Source: Cereibacter sphaeroides 2.4.1 | Lineage (GTDB): Bacteria; Pseudomonadota; Alphaproteobacteria; Rhodobacterales; Rhodobacteraceae | Direction: 5' to 3' | DNA: 32,000 nucleotides | Assembly (NCBI RefSeq): GCF_000012905.2 | Contig: NC_007493.2 | Coordinates: forward strand, 1,170,001 to 1,202,000 | Notes under the pieces: generated by a model | Databases searched by the model: none | The model's input: only the letters and a program-made list of their open reading frames with translations | What the model was told of the DNA's origin: nothing | Position numbers and translations under genes: made by a program | Shown here: positions 1-10,279 of the stretch, in pieces | Layout: every line of letters begins with the position of its first letter | Numbering within the stretch: the stretch's first letter is position 1

Positions 1-1
1 C

Positions 2-1513
2 TGGACGGAATGGAACGCGGCCAACCTGATCGGCGTCCTCCTCTTCATCGGCGCCATGGGCAAGTCGGCCCAGCTCGGCCTGCACACCTGGCTACCCGAC
101 GCGATGGAAGGTCCGACCCCGGTGTCCGCGCTGATCCACGCCGCCACCATGGTGACCGCAGGCGTGTTCCTCGTCTGCCGCATGTCGCCGCTCTACGAAT
201 TCGCGCCCGACGCCAAGACCATGATCGTGGTCGTCGGCGCCACCACGGCCTTCTTCGCGGCCACCGTGGGCCTCGTGCAGAACGACATCAAGCGCGTGAT
301 CGCCTATTCGACCTGCTCGCAGCTCGGCTACATGTTCGTGGCGGCGGGCGTGGGCGTCTATTCGGCGGCCATGTTCCACCTCTTCACGCACGCCTTCTTC
401 AAGGCGATGCTGTTCCTCGGCGCGGGCTCGGTCATCCATGCGATGCACCACGAGCAGGACATGCGGAACTACGGCGGCCTCCGCTCGAAGATCCCGCTGA
501 CCTTCTGGGCCATGATGATCGGCACGCTCGCCATCACCGGCGTGGGCATCCCGCTGACCCATATCGGCTTCGCGGGCTTCCTGTCGAAGGACGCGATCAT
601 CGAGAGCGCCTGGGTCGGCTCGGGCTATGCCTTCTGGCTTCTGGTCGTGGCGGCCTGCTTCACCAGCTTCTATTCCTGGCGGCTCATCTTCCTGACCTTC
701 TTCGGCAAGGAGCGGGGCGACCATCACGCCCATGACCATGCCCACGAGAGCCCGACCGTCATGCTGATCCCGCTCGGGGTTCTGGCGCTCGGCGCGGCCT
801 TCTCGGGGATGATCTGGTACAATTCCTTCTTCGGAGACCATAACAAGGTCGCGACCTGGTTCGGCATCCCGCATCATGCGGAAGCCTCGGAAGAGGGCGA
901 GTCCCACGCCGAAGCGGCGGCCGATCATGCGGCCGAGCCGGCGGCCGGGGCGACCGTCACCGCCGACGAGGCGCTGCCCGAGGCGGGCAACCTGGCCGGT
1001 GCCGGCGAGGCGCCGGAGCCGGGCGAGGCGGAAGCCCATGCAGAGGTGGCAGCCCTTGGCCCGATCGGCGCCATCTACATGGGCCCCGAGAACCATGTCA
1101 TGGACGAGGCGCACCACGCCCCGGTCTGGGTCAAGGTCTCGCCCTTCGTCGCGATGCTGATCGGCTTCGGCATGGCCTGGCTCTTCTACATCGCGAAGCC
1201 CGCCCTGCCGGCGGCCCTCGCGCGGAGCCAGCGCCCGCTCTACCTGTTCCTGCTGAACAAGTGGTATTTCGACGAGCTCTATGACGTGATCTTCGTCCGC
1301 CCGGCCCGTTTCCTCGGCCGCTTCTTCTGGAAGCGCGGCGACGGGACGGTGATCGACGGCACGATCAACGGGATCGCGCTCGGGATCATCCCGGCGCTGA
1401 CCCGGCTCGCGGGCCGCGTCCAGTCCGGCTACATCTTCCACTACGCCTTCGCCATGTTCCTCGGCATCGCGATCCTCATTACCTGGATGACGCTCACGGG
1501 GGGCGCGCACTGA
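2..1513 (+). CDS. nuoL: NADH-quinone oxidoreductase (complex I) subunit L, 5'-truncated by the window edge
   Basis: Frame 2 is open from the window start. The translation ([36 protein letters not shown]...) is the conserved NuoL/ND5 antiporter-like core. nuoM and nuoN follow directly, and the TGA stop at 1511-1513 overlaps the nuoM ATG by 1 nt. Confidence 0.95.
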   Translation, partial: WTEWNAANLIGVLLFIGAMGKSAQLGLHTWLPDAMEGPTPVSALIHAATMVTAGVFLVCRMSPLYEFAPDAKTMIVVVGATTAFFAATVGLVQNDIKRVIAYSTCSQLGYMFVAAGVGVYSAAMFHLFTHAFFKAMLFLGAGSVIHAMHHEQDMRNYGGLRSKIPLTFWAMMIGTLAITGVGIPLTHIGFAGFLSKDAIIESAWVGSGYAFWLLVVAACFTSFYSWRLIFLTFFGKERGDHHAHDHAHESPTVMLIPLGVLALGAAFSGMIWYNSFFGDHNKVATWFGIPHHAEASEEGESHAEAAADHAAEPAAGATVTADEALPEAGNLAGAGEAPEPGEAEAHAEVAALGPIGAIYMGPENHVMDEAHHAPVWVKVSPFVAMLIGFGMAWLFYIAKPALPAALARSQRPLYLFLLNKWYFDELYDVIFVRPARFLGRFFWKRGDGTVIDGTINGIALGIIPALTRLAGRVQSGYIFHYAFAMFLGIAILITWMTLTGGAH

Positions 1514-3054
1514 TGGAAAACCTGCTGTCGATCATCACCTTCATCCCGCTGGTGGCGGCGCTCATCATGGCGCTGTTCCTGCGGGGCGATGACGCGGCCG
1601 CGCAGCGGAACGCGAAGTGGCTGGCGCTGCTCGCCACCTCGGCGACCTTCCTCGTCTCGCTCTTCCTGCTGGCGGGCTTCGACGCGCAGGACACGGGTTT
1701 CCAGTTCGTCGAAAGCTACGACTGGATCGCGGGCCTGCAATACAAGATGGGCGTGGACGGCATCTCGATCCTCTTCGTGATGCTGACCACCTTCCTCATG
1801 CCGCTCACCATCGCCTCGGCCTGGGAGGTCGAGACGCGGGTGAAGGAATATATGATCGCCTTCCTGATCCTCGAGACGCTGATGCTGGGCGTGTTCTGCG
1901 CGCTCGATCTCGTGCTCTTCTACCTCTTCTTCGAGGCGGGGCTCATTCCGATGTTCCTCATCATCGGGATCTGGGGCGGCAAGGACCGGATCTACGCGGC
2001 CTTCAAGTTCTTCCTCTACACGTTCCTCGGCTCGGTCCTGATGCTGATCGCGATGATCGCGATGTATTACGACGCGGGCACAACCGACATCCCGACGCTG
2101 CTCAGCCACGAATTCTCTTCGGGCACGATGACGCTCGCGGGCTTCCAGATCGTGGGCGGGCTGCAGACGCTGCTGTTCCTGGCCTTCTTCGCGAGCTTCG
2201 CCGTCAAGATGCCGATGTGGCCGGTGCACACCTGGCTGCCCGACGCCCACGTTCAGGCGCCGACGGCGGGCTCGGTGGTGCTGGCCGCGATCCTTCTGAA
2301 GATGGGCGGCTACGGCTTCCTGCGCTTCTCGCTGCCGATGTTCCCGATCGGGTCCGAGCTTCTGTCGCCGCTCGTCTTCTGGATGTCCGCCATCGCCATC
2401 GTCTACACCTCGCTGGTGGCGCTGGCCCAGTCGGACATGAAGAAGCTGATCGCCTACTCGTCGGTCGCGCACATGGGCTATGTCACCATGGGCATCTTCG
2501 CTGCCAACCAGCAGGGCGTGGACGGCGCCATCTTCCAGATGCTGAGCCACGGTTTCATCTCGGGCGCGCTCTTCCTCTGCGTGGGCGTGATCTACGACCG
2601 GATGCACACCCGCGAGATCGACGCCTATGGTGGCCTCGTGAACCGGATGCCGGCCTATGCGCTGATCTTCATGTTCTTCACCATGGCGAACGTGGGCCTG
2701 CCGGGCACCTCGGGCTTCATCGGCGAGTTCCTGACCCTCGTCGGCATCTTCCAGGTCAACACCTGGGTGGCGATGGTGGCGACGAGCGGCGTGATCCTCT
2801 CGGCGGCCTACGGCCTCTGGCTCTATCGCCGGGTGGTCTTCGGCGAGCTGGTGAAAGAGGCGCTGCGCACGATCCGAGACATGGACCGGCGCGAGAAGGC
2901 GATCTTCGCCCCGCTCGTGGCCATGACGCTGCTGCTCGGCGTCTATCCGAGCCTCGTCACCGACATCATCGGGCCCTCGGTGGCCCGTCTGACGACCGAC
3001 TACCAGTCCGCGACCGCCGCCCTCGAGGCCGGCACGCGGCTGGCCATGGAATGA
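1513..3054 (+). CDS. nuoM: NADH-quinone oxidoreductase subunit M
   Basis: 513-aa polytopic membrane protein carrying the NuoM/ND4 motifs ([43 protein letters not shown]). It sits between nuoL and nuoN. Confidence 0.95.
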   Translation: MENLLSIITFIPLVAALIMALFLRGDDAAAQRNAKWLALLATSATFLVSLFLLAGFDAQDTGFQFVESYDWIAGLQYKMGVDGISILFVMLTTFLMPLTIASAWEVETRVKEYMIAFLILETLMLGVFCALDLVLFYLFFEAGLIPMFLIIGIWGGKDRIYAAFKFFLYTFLGSVLMLIAMIAMYYDAGTTDIPTLLSHEFSSGTMTLAGFQIVGGLQTLLFLAFFASFAVKMPMWPVHTWLPDAHVQAPTAGSVVLAAILLKMGGYGFLRFSLPMFPIGSELLSPLVFWMSAIAIVYTSLVALAQSDMKKLIAYSSVAHMGYVTMGIFAANQQGVDGAIFQMLSHGFISGALFLCVGVIYDRMHTREIDAYGGLVNRMPAYALIFMFFTMANVGLPGTSGFIGEFLTLVGIFQVNTWVAMVATSGVILSAAYGLWLYRRVVFGELVKEALRTIRDMDRREKAIFAPLVAMTLLLGVYPSLVTDIIGPSVARLTTDYQSATAALEAGTRLAME

Positions 3055-3064
3055 GGGACGCACG

Positions 3065-4501
3065 ATGACCTCCGCTGACTTCTCGACCGTCCTTCCCGAG
3101 ATGGTGCTCGCCATCTCGGCCATGCTGGGCCTGATGGCCGGTGTCTATGGCGGCAAGGACCGGCTGACGCCGGTCATGACCTGGGTCTTCGCGGGCCTGA
3201 TGCTGTTCCTCGCGCTCTGGATCGGCTTCGGCGGCTCGGGCGCTCGCACCGCCTTCGGCGGCATGTTCATCGAGGATCCGTTCTCGCGCTTCGCCAAGGT
3301 CACGATCCTCGCTTCGGCGGCGGCCGTGCTGCTCCTCGGGCAGGAGTACATGCAGCGCCGCGACCTCGGGCGTTTCGAGTTCCCGATCCTCGTGGCCCTG
3401 TCGGTCACCGGCATGATGATGATGGTGTCGGCGGGCGACCTGATCGCGCTCTACATGGGGCTCGAGCTCCAGAGCCTCGCGCTCTATGTCGTGGCCTCGC
3501 TGCGGCGCGACTCTGTCAAGTCGACCGAGGCCGGGATGAAGTATTTCGTGCTGGGCGCGCTGTCGTCGGGCCTCCTGCTCTACGGCGCCTCGCTCGTCTA
3601 CGGCTTTGCCGGCACGACGCTCTTCTCGGGCATCCTCGCCACGGTGAACGAGGGCGTGCCGTTGGGGCTTCTGTTCGGCCTCGTCTTCATGCTGTCGGGC
3701 CTCGCCTTCAAGGTCTCGGCCGCCCCCTTCCACATGTGGACGCCGGACGTCTACGAGGGCTCGCCCACGCCGGTGACGGCCTTCTTCTCGACCGCGCCCA
3801 AGGTCGCGGCCATCGCGCTCATCGCCCGCACGGTGCATGACGCTTTCGGCGGCATCCCGATGGACTGGCGTCAGGTGCTGGCGGCGCTCGCCGTGGCCTC
3901 GATGTTCCTCGGCTCGGTGGCGGCCATCGGCCAGCGCGACATCAAGCGTCTGATGGCCTATTCCTCGATCGGTCACATGGGCTATGCGCTGGTGGGCCTC
4001 GCCGCGGGCACGGCCGCGGGCGTGCAGGCGATGCTCCTCTACATGGCGATCTATGTCACCATGAACGTGGGCACCTTCGCCTTCATCCTCTCCATGGAGA
4101 AGGACGGCCGGCCCGTCACCAGCATCGACAGCCTGAACATGTTCGCGAAGCGCGAGCCGCTGAAGGCTCTGGCGGTGCTGGTGCTGATGTTCAGCCTCGC
4201 CGGCGTGCCGCCCTTCATCGGCTTCTTCGCGAAGTTCTACATCCTGAAGGCCGCCGTCAGCGCCGGGATGGCATGGCTTGCGGTGCTGACCGTGCTCGCG
4301 GCCGTGATCGGCGCCTACTATTACATGCGCATCGTCTACTACATGTACTTCGGCAAGGATGGCGATCCGGTCGAGAGCCGCATGGGCGGGGTGCAATGGA
4401 CCATGCTGATGGCGGCCGCCGCGATCAACGTGCTCGGCGTCATCAACATGTTCGGGCTCGAGCCCCTGGCGGCAGTGGCGGCCGAGACGCTTGTCCGCTG
4501 A
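3065..4501 (+). CDS. nuoN: NADH-quinone oxidoreductase subunit N
   Basis: 478-aa membrane protein with the NuoN/ND2 signature ([31 protein letters not shown]). It is the last gene of the nuo operon. Confidence 0.95.
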   Translation: MTSADFSTVLPEMVLAISAMLGLMAGVYGGKDRLTPVMTWVFAGLMLFLALWIGFGGSGARTAFGGMFIEDPFSRFAKVTILASAAAVLLLGQEYMQRRDLGRFEFPILVALSVTGMMMMVSAGDLIALYMGLELQSLALYVVASLRRDSVKSTEAGMKYFVLGALSSGLLLYGASLVYGFAGTTLFSGILATVNEGVPLGLLFGLVFMLSGLAFKVSAAPFHMWTPDVYEGSPTPVTAFFSTAPKVAAIALIARTVHDAFGGIPMDWRQVLAALAVASMFLGSVAAIGQRDIKRLMAYSSIGHMGYALVGLAAGTAAGVQAMLLYMAIYVTMNVGTFAFILSMEKDGRPVTSIDSLNMFAKREPLKALAVLVLMFSLAGVPPFIGFFAKFYILKAAVSAGMAWLAVLTVLAAVIGAYYYMRIVYYMYFGKDGDPVESRMGGVQWTMLMAAAAINVLGVINMFGLEPLAAVAAETLVR

Positions 4502-5246
4502 TGCCTGGCCGGAGGGCGTGGCGCGCCACGCCCTCGACTCTGTCGATTCCACCAATGCGGTGGCGGCTCGCCTGGCCTCGAGCCTGAGCGGGCCTGCCTG
4601 GATCGTCGCCGCCGAGCAGACCGCGGGCCGGGGGCGGCGCGGCCGGCCCTGGAGCTCGCGGCGCGGCAATTTCTACGGCACGCATCTCCTGCATCCGACC
4701 GAGCCGCGGGAAGTGGTGGCGCTGCGCTCCTTCGTGGCGGCGCTGGCGCTCCGCGATGCCTGCGTGGCGCTGACGGGCCTGCCGGAGGCCTTCTCGCTGA
4801 AATGGCCGAACGACGTGCTGCTGAACGGCGGCAAGCTCGCGGGCATCCTGCTGGAGAGCCTCGGGCAGGGCGGGCGCGTGCAGCATCTGGCCATCGGCAT
4901 CGGCGTCAACCTGATCGCCGCCCCCGATGCGGCCGAGGTGGAGCCGGGCGCGGTGCGGCCGGTGAGCCTTCTGGCCGAGACCGGTGTGCGCGTGACGCCC
5001 GAGACCTTCCTCGAGGCGCTGGCTCCGGCCTATGCCCGCCGCGAGGAGAGCTTCACCCGGCTGGGGTTCGGGCCCACCCGCGAGGCGTGGCTCTCCCATG
5101 CGGCGCGTCTGGGCGAGCAGATCCGCGCGCGGACCGGGCACGAGCTGCGCGAGGGGCTGTTCGAGACGGTGGACGCCCACGGCGCTTTGGTGTTGAAGAC
5201 GGGAAGCGGCCGCGTGGCGATCCCCGCGGCCGAAGTGTTCTTCTGA
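4491..5246 (+). CDS. birA: Biotin--[acetyl-CoA-carboxylase] ligase (group I, no DNA-binding domain)
   Basis: 251 aa containing DSVDSTN and the biotin-binding loop [12 protein letters not shown], then [17 protein letters not shown]. The ORF begins with TTG at 4491 and overlaps the nuoN stop, so the exact start is uncertain. Confidence 0.85.
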   Translation: MSADAWPEGVARHALDSVDSTNAVAARLASSLSGPAWIVAAEQTAGRGRRGRPWSSRRGNFYGTHLLHPTEPREVVALRSFVAALALRDACVALTGLPEAFSLKWPNDVLLNGGKLAGILLESLGQGGRVQHLAIGIGVNLIAAPDAAEVEPGAVRPVSLLAETGVRVTPETFLEALAPAYARREESFTRLGFGPTREAWLSHAARLGEQIRARTGHELREGLFETVDAHGALVLKTGSGRVAIPAAEVFF

Positions 5247-5256
5247 AGGAGAAGCG

Positions 5257-6030
5257 ATGCTTCTGGCGATCGACTGCGGCAACACGAATACGGTCTTCTC
5301 GATCTGGGATGGCACGCAGTTCCTCGCCACCTGGCGCATCGCGACCGACCACAAGCGCACTGCGGACGAATATCATGTCTGGCTCTCCACCCTGCTGAGC
5401 CTGACGAAGATCGAGGCGCGCATCAGCGAGGCGGTGATCTCCTCGACCGTGCCGCGGGTGGTGTTCAACCTGCGCGTCCTCTGCAACCGCTACTACGACT
5501 GCCGGCCGCTGGTGGTGGGCAAGCCCGAGTGCCGTCTGCCCGTCGCGCCGCGCGTGGATCAGGGCACGACCGTCGGGCCCGACCGGCTGGTCAACACGGT
5601 GGCGGGCTTCCATCTTCACGGCGGCAACCTGATCGTGGTGGATTTCGGCACCGCCACCACCTTCGACGTGGTGGATGCGGACGGCGCCTATATCGGCGGC
5701 GTCATCGCGCCGGGGGTCAATCTCAGCCTCGAGGCGCTGCACATGGCCGCGGCCGCGCTGCCGCATGTCGACGTGACCAAGCCCCAGCAGGCCATCGGCA
5801 CGAATACGGTGGCCTGCATCCAGTCCGGGGTGTATTGGGGCTACATCGGCCTCGTCGAGGGTATCGTTCGCCAGATCCGGCTCGAGCGGGACTCCCCGAT
5901 GAAGGTCATCGCGACAGGGGGCCTGGCACCCTTATTCGACCAGGGATTCAATCTGTTCGACAGGGTCGAGGACGATCTGACCATGCAGGGTCTCGTCCTG
6001 ATCCACCAATACAACAAGGATCTGGAATGA
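5257..6030 (+). CDS. coaX: Type III pantothenate kinase
   Basis: 257 aa with the N-terminal MLLAIDCGNTNTVF ASKHA-fold phosphate-1 motif and DFGTATTFD. The birA-coaX adjacency is common. Confidence 0.9.
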   Translation: MLLAIDCGNTNTVFSIWDGTQFLATWRIATDHKRTADEYHVWLSTLLSLTKIEARISEAVISSTVPRVVFNLRVLCNRYYDCRPLVVGKPECRLPVAPRVDQGTTVGPDRLVNTVAGFHLHGGNLIVVDFGTATTFDVVDADGAYIGGVIAPGVNLSLEALHMAAAALPHVDVTKPQQAIGTNTVACIQSGVYWGYIGLVEGIVRQIRLERDSPMKVIATGGLAPLFDQGFNLFDRVEDDLTMQGLVLIHQYNKDLE

Positions 6031-7700
6031 GTGCAAACCGGCTGATCTATCTGCCGCTCGGCGGAGCGGGCGAGATCGGGATGAACTGCTACGTCTACGG
6101 CTACGGGCCGGAGGGGCGCGAGCGGCTGATCGTCGTCGATCTCGGCGTGACCTTCCCGGACATGGAGACGACGCCCGGCGTCGATCTCATCATGGCCGAC
6201 ATCTCCTGGCTCGAAGAGCGTCAGGATCGGATCGAGGCGATCTTCATCACCCATGCCCACGAGGACCATATCGGCGCGCTCGGCCATCTGTGGCCGCGGC
6301 TGAAGGCGCCGGTCTATGCCCGCCGTTTCACCGGCACCATCGGCCGGCTGAAGTTCGAAGAGCACGGGCTGCCCGCCGACCAGATCACCATCGTGGGCGC
6401 GCGCCCCGAGGTGGTCGAGGCCGGCCCCTTCGAGGTGCAGTTCGTGCCCGTCTCGCACTCGATCCCCGAAAGCTCGGCGCTGGTGATCGACACGCCTGCG
6501 GGCCGGATCGTCCATTCGGGCGATTTCAAGCTCGACCGCTCGCCGGTGGTGGGCGAGCCCTGGGCGGACGAGACCTTCCGCGCCATCGCGGCCGAGCGGC
6601 CGGTGAAGGCGCTGATGTGCGACTCGACCAACGTCTTCTCGCTCCATCCCGGCCGGTCGGAGGCCACGCTGGGCGACCCGCTGAAGGCGCTGATCGCGGG
6701 CGCCCGCGGCATGGTGGTGGCCACCACCTTTGCCTCGAACGTGGCGCGGCTGAAGACGCTGGCCGAGGCTGCGGCCGCGGCGGACCGCTCGATCTGCCTT
6801 CTGGGCCGCGCCATGCGCCGCATGGTGACGGCGGCACAGGAGAGCGGCGTGCTGACGAGCTTCCCCGCTGTCGTGAGCCCCGAGGAGGCGGCCGAGATCC
6901 CGCGCCAGAACCTGATGCTGATCGTGACCGGCAGTCAGGGCGAGCGGCGCGCGGCCTCCGCCCAGCTTGCGCGCGGGAAATATCTCGGGCTCGAGATGAA
7001 GGAGGGCGACCTCTTCCTCTTCTCCTCCAAGACCATCCCCGGAAACGAGCGCGGCGTGCTGCGCATCGTCAACTCCTTCTCCGAGATGGGGGTGGATGTG
7101 GTGGACGATGCGGGCGGGCTCTATCACGTCTCGGGCCACGCTAACCGCCCGGATCTCGAGCAGGTGCATACGCTGCTCTGGCCCGAGATGCTGGTGCCGA
7201 TGCATGGCGAGCACCGCCATCTGCGCGAACATGCGCGGATCGCGGCGGCCAAGGGCATTACGGCGGATGTCATCACCAACGGGATGATGGTGGATCTGAC
7301 GCGCGGGCTGCAGGTGGCGGAATATATCGACACCGGCCGCAGCTATCTCGACGGTTCGGTGCTGATCGGGGCGCGCGACGGGGTGGTCCGCGACCGGATC
7401 CGCATGGCGTTGAACGGCCATGTGCTGACGACGGTGATCCTCGATGAGCAGGACGCGCCGCTGGGCGACGCCTGGGTGGAGCTGATGGGCCTGCCCGAGC
7501 GCGGCCGCACCGGCCGGGCGCTGTCTGAGACGCTGGAAGAGGAGCTGTCCGACTATCTCGGCCGGGCGGGGGCCAAGGTGCTGCGCGACGACGACAAGCT
7601 CGACGAGGCGATCCGTCGGATGGTGCGTCAGGTCGCGATGGAAGAGATCGGAAAGAAGCCGGAAGTGACGGTGGTCGTCAGCCGGTTGATGGAAGGCTGA
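6027..7700 (+). CDS. rnj: Ribonuclease J (metallo-beta-lactamase / beta-CASP family)
   Basis: The start is taken at the ATG at 6027 (MSANRLIYLPLGGAGEIGMNCY), which overlaps the coaX stop as ATGA. The HAHEDHIG (HxHxDH) motif is present. The longer track ORF from 5529 is an out-of-gene extension through coaX. Confidence 0.9.
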   Translation: MSANRLIYLPLGGAGEIGMNCYVYGYGPEGRERLIVVDLGVTFPDMETTPGVDLIMADISWLEERQDRIEAIFITHAHEDHIGALGHLWPRLKAPVYARRFTGTIGRLKFEEHGLPADQITIVGARPEVVEAGPFEVQFVPVSHSIPESSALVIDTPAGRIVHSGDFKLDRSPVVGEPWADETFRAIAAERPVKALMCDSTNVFSLHPGRSEATLGDPLKALIAGARGMVVATTFASNVARLKTLAEAAAAADRSICLLGRAMRRMVTAAQESGVLTSFPAVVSPEEAAEIPRQNLMLIVTGSQGERRAASAQLARGKYLGLEMKEGDLFLFSSKTIPGNERGVLRIVNSFSEMGVDVVDDAGGLYHVSGHANRPDLEQVHTLLWPEMLVPMHGEHRHLREHARIAAAKGITADVITNGMMVDLTRGLQVAEYIDTGRSYLDGSVLIGARDGVVRDRIRMALNGHVLTTVILDEQDAPLGDAWVELMGLPERGRTGRALSETLEEELSDYLGRAGAKVLRDDDKLDEAIRRMVRQVAMEEIGKKPEVTVVVSRLMEG

Positions 7701-7725
7701 GGCCTCCCTTTCCTGTCCCATCGAT

Positions 7726-7753
7726 AAAGGGCCGGCGGAAGCCGGCCCTTTTC
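7726..7753. terminator. Rho-independent terminator, probably bidirectional (rnj on + and the lipoprotein gene on -)
   Basis: aaagggccggc-ggaa-gccggcccttt forms an 8-bp GC stem (7729-7736 with 7741-7748) extended by AAA/TTT, with a GGAA tetraloop and a T-run on the + strand. The A-run upstream gives a U-run on the - strand. Confidence 0.75.
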
Positions 7754-7881
7754 GTTGAAGCTATGGGCCCGCGCGCGGGGGCTGTTGGGACGAGGCCCTG
7801 CGGGATTTCCGCTTCGGCCAGACGAAGGGCGGCCGGGTTTCACCTCTGTCTCCGCAAACGAGCCTCACCCCGGCAGAGAGG

Positions 7882-8046
7882 TCAGTCGACCAGCGTTCCC
7901 GCCGCGCCGCCGACCAGTGCGCCGGGCGGGCCCGCGACAACCGCGCCCCCGAGGGCGCCGGTCGCTGCGCGCTCGGTGTCGTTGGAGCCGCAGGCGGCAA
8001 GGAGGAGAAGGCCCGCGAGGGGCAGGACGGCAGTGAGGCGGATCAT
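7882..8046 (-). CDS. Small (54 aa) Gly/Ala-rich lipoprotein, glycine-zipper-like
   Basis: The internal ATG at 8046-8044 gives MIRLTAVLPLAGLLLLAACGSND. This has a signal peptide plus the lipobox LAAC, followed by a GALGGAVVAGPPGALVGGAAG glycine-zipper-type tail. A GGAAAGG Shine-Dalgarno lies 7 nt upstream. Confidence 0.65.
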   Translation of the reverse strand: MIRLTAVLPLAGLLLLAACGSNDTERAATGALGGAVVAGPPGALVGGAAGTLVD

Positions 8047-8091
8047 GGCAGCACCTTTCCAAGTGGAGGATGCTGACCAACGCACAGCGCG

Positions 8092-8470
8092 CCGAATCGT
8101 TTCACGCTGGGGATGAGCCGCCTCGCAGAGGGACGGGCGCCTGCAAGGCGCCGGACCGTTGATCGGTGCAGATCGGGAGATTCCGGCCAGCAAAGCCGTC
8201 GAGTCCCGTCCCGGACGAGACGGTGCGCCCCGCCGAGGGACGCGTGCGCGGGTCTGTACGGCAGCGGGCTATCCCCAAGTGCGGATCGGGAGATCCCGGC
8301 CCGCAAGGCAGTCGAGGCGTTTCACGGAACAGATGACGGCCGTGCCGCTGAAGGCGCGCGGGGCGCCGCAGGGCGGTGGGCTGTCGCCCGGTGCAGACCG
8401 GAAGATCCCGGTTCCCGGGAATGAGAGCAGGTCTGCCTGACAAGGCCGGAAGATGAGGGCTCAAGGCCGG
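8092..8470. repeat. Intergenic tandem array, period about 112-113 nt, three full units plus a degenerate one
   Basis: A conserved 23-nt core occurs at 8166-8188 (gtgcagatcgggagattccggcc), 8279-8301 (gtgcggatcgggagatcccggcc; 21/23 identical) and 8391-8413 (gtgcagaccggaagatcccggtt; 18/23 identical). Flanks are degenerately similar, including cgtttcacg at about 8098 and 8317 and recurring gcaaggc motifs. Confidence 0.7.
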
Positions 8471-8497
8471 CACGCTGAGGCGCCGGCCAGTGCGGTC

Positions 8498-10048
8498 TCA
8501 GGCCTCGCCGTCGCCCGCCAGCATCTCTTCCGCGGCCTCGGGGACGGGCTCCTCTTCGTCGGAGGCCGTCAGGCTCGGGATGCGGAAGCTGCGGAGCAGG
8601 AAGTCCGGCACATGGTCGCCCATGCCCACCACGCGTTCCTCGCGGCGGTCGCGGTCACGCTCGCGCCGGTTGTTGCCGCCCTCGCGGCGCTCGTCGCGCC
8701 GCTCTTCGCGGCGGGGCGGGCGCTCCTCGCGCACTTCCCGCACTTCGGGAACGGCCGCGGCCGGGGCTTCCACGGCCTCGACCCGGGGCTCCTCGCGCCG
8801 GTCGCGGTCGCGGCCGCGACGGCCGCGCGCAGGGCGTTCGGACCGCTCGCCGCGTGCGTTGTCACGCTCGGGCCGGTCGGGGCGATCCTCGAGGCTGAAG
8901 CCCTCGGGCAGCTCGCCGCGCGGGATCGCCTGTTTCACGAGGCTCTCGATGGCGGTCACATGCTTCTCGTCCGACGGCACGGCGATCGTGTAGGCCTTGC
9001 CCTTCCGGCCCGCGCGGCCGGTCCGGCCGATGCGGTGGACGTAATCCTCGGGGTGGGTCGGCACGTCGAAGTTGAACACATGGCTCACCGCCGGAATGTC
9101 GAGCCCGCGCGCGGCCACGTCGGAGGCTACGAGCAGGTGCAACGACCCGTCGCGGAACCCGTCGAGCGTCTTCATGCGCTGCGACTGTTCGAGATCGCCA
9201 TGGATGGGCGACGCGTTGAAGCCGTGCTGCTTCAGCGACTTGGCCACCACGTCCACGTCCATCTTCCGGTTGCAGAAGATGATCGCGTTGGTGCAGGCCT
9301 CGCCTTCGGCCCGGATCAGCGCCCGCAGGACGGCGCGCTTGTCGGCGAAGCTACGCTCCTTCCGCGTCGGTGTGACCTGGATGAGCTTCTGCTCGATCGT
9401 CTCGGAGGTCGTGGCCTGCCGCGCCACCTCGATCTTCACCGCGCCGGTGAGGAAGGTGTTGGTGATCCGCTCGATCTCGGGCGCCATGGTGGCCGAGTAG
9501 AACAGCGTCTGGCGCGTGAAGGGCGTCAGCGAGAAGATGCGCTCGATATCCGGGATGAAGCCCATGTCGAGCATCCGGTCGGCCTCGTCCACCACCATGA
9601 TCTGCACGCCGGTGAGCAGAAGCTTGCCGCGCTCGAAATGGTCGAGGAGGCGTCCCGGGGTGGCGATCAGCACGTCCACGCCGCGGTCGATCAGCTTGTC
9701 CTGCTCGGTGAAGGAGACGCCGCCGATCAGCAGCGCCTTCGAGAGCTTGGAGTGCTTGGCATAGATGTCGAAATTCTCGGCCACCTGGGCTGCAAGCTCG
9801 CGCGTCGGGCAGAGCACGAGGCTGCGCGGCATCCGGGCGCGCGCGCGGCCCTTGCCGAGGATGGTGATCATGGGCAGCGTGAAGCTGGCGGTCTTGCCGG
9901 TGCCGGTCTGGGCGATGCCCAGCACATCCTTGCCTTCCAGCGCATGCGGGATGGCCTGCGCCTGGATCGGGGTGGGCGTTTCGTAGCCGGCTTCCTGCAC
10001 GGCCTTCAGCACGCGGGGATCCAGCGCGAGGTCGGAGAACTTGGTCAT
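8498..10048 (-). CDS. rhlE: ATP-dependent DEAD-box RNA helicase with an Arg/Glu-rich C-terminal extension
   Basis: It carries the Q-motif (GYETPTPIQAQAIP), Walker A (AQTGTGKT), DEAD (VVDEADRML), SAT, and HRIGRTGRAG. The start is taken at the ATG at 10048 (MTKFSDL), with an AGGA Shine-Dalgarno 5 nt upstream. The track ORF extends further, to 10174. Confidence 0.9.
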   Translation of the reverse strand: MTKFSDLALDPRVLKAVQEAGYETPTPIQAQAIPHALEGKDVLGIAQTGTGKTASFTLPMITILGKGRARARMPRSLVLCPTRELAAQVAENFDIYAKHSKLSKALLIGGVSFTEQDKLIDRGVDVLIATPGRLLDHFERGKLLLTGVQIMVVDEADRMLDMGFIPDIERIFSLTPFTRQTLFYSATMAPEIERITNTFLTGAVKIEVARQATTSETIEQKLIQVTPTRKERSFADKRAVLRALIRAEGEACTNAIIFCNRKMDVDVVAKSLKQHGFNASPIHGDLEQSQRMKTLDGFRDGSLHLLVASDVAARGLDIPAVSHVFNFDVPTHPEDYVHRIGRTGRAGRKGKAYTIAVPSDEKHVTAIESLVKQAIPRGELPEGFSLEDRPDRPERDNARGERSERPARGRRGRDRDRREEPRVEAVEAPAAAVPEVREVREERPPRREERRDERREGGNNRRERDRDRREERVVGMGDHVPDFLLRSFRIPSLTASDEEEPVPEAAEEMLAGDGEA

Positions 10049-10279
10049 TAGCATCCTGTCAATGCGGTATCGGACCGCATGGTACTCAAGGGGACGCTGA
10101 TGGTCCGGGCGTCCCGGCGTCTTTCGGCCCTCATGGCCTCGGGCGGCCTTAGCCCAAATTACCCCGAGGGTCAAGGTTCGGGCTGCGTTTGCGCCCTTTT
10201 CGCGGTCCCTGTCTCATCAGGGCCGCGGTTTCGGGCTGGAAGAGGCAGCCGCGGGCGAGGCGCCGCGCGGCGCCCCGGT

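Noticed and set aside
92-4669. Very long - strand ORFs antisense to nuoL/M/N (92-1510, 1441-3123, 2966-4669), plus alternative + frame ORFs (10-735, 1617-3068).
   Set aside because: Their translations are Arg/Gly/Asp/His/Pro-rich low-complexity strings with no recognisable domains. They fully overlap strongly recognisable nuo genes. These are typical shadow ORFs of high-GC DNA, where stop codons are rare.
5529-6026. An N-terminal 166-codon extension of the RNase J ORF in the track.
   Set aside because: The extension runs through the coaX coding region in another frame and is Arg/Gly-rich. The conserved RNase J N-terminus (MSANRLIYLPLGG) starts at 6027 with an ATGA overlap to coaX.
5841-7721. 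A 626-aa - strand ORF antisense to RNase J. Similar long shadow ORFs lie at 8453-10051 (+), 12896-14110 (-), 13705-15021 (-), 16418-17932 (-), 17851-18915 (+), 22223-23584 (-), 22348-23862 (+), 24660-25781 (-), 25328-26556 (-), 27161-28411 (+) and 30349-31683 (-).
   Set aside because: Each overlaps a gene with clear family motifs on the other strand or in another frame. Each also has an Arg/Pro/Gly-dominated composition without motifs.
8166-8413. Possible CRISPR array, suggested by three direct repeats at regular spacing.
   Set aside because: The period is about 113 nt, so the 'spacers' would be about 75-90 nt. Those spacers are themselves related to one another, the repeats are imperfect (18-21/23), there are only three copies, and no cas genes are nearby. 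It is treated as a tandem intergenic repeat instead.
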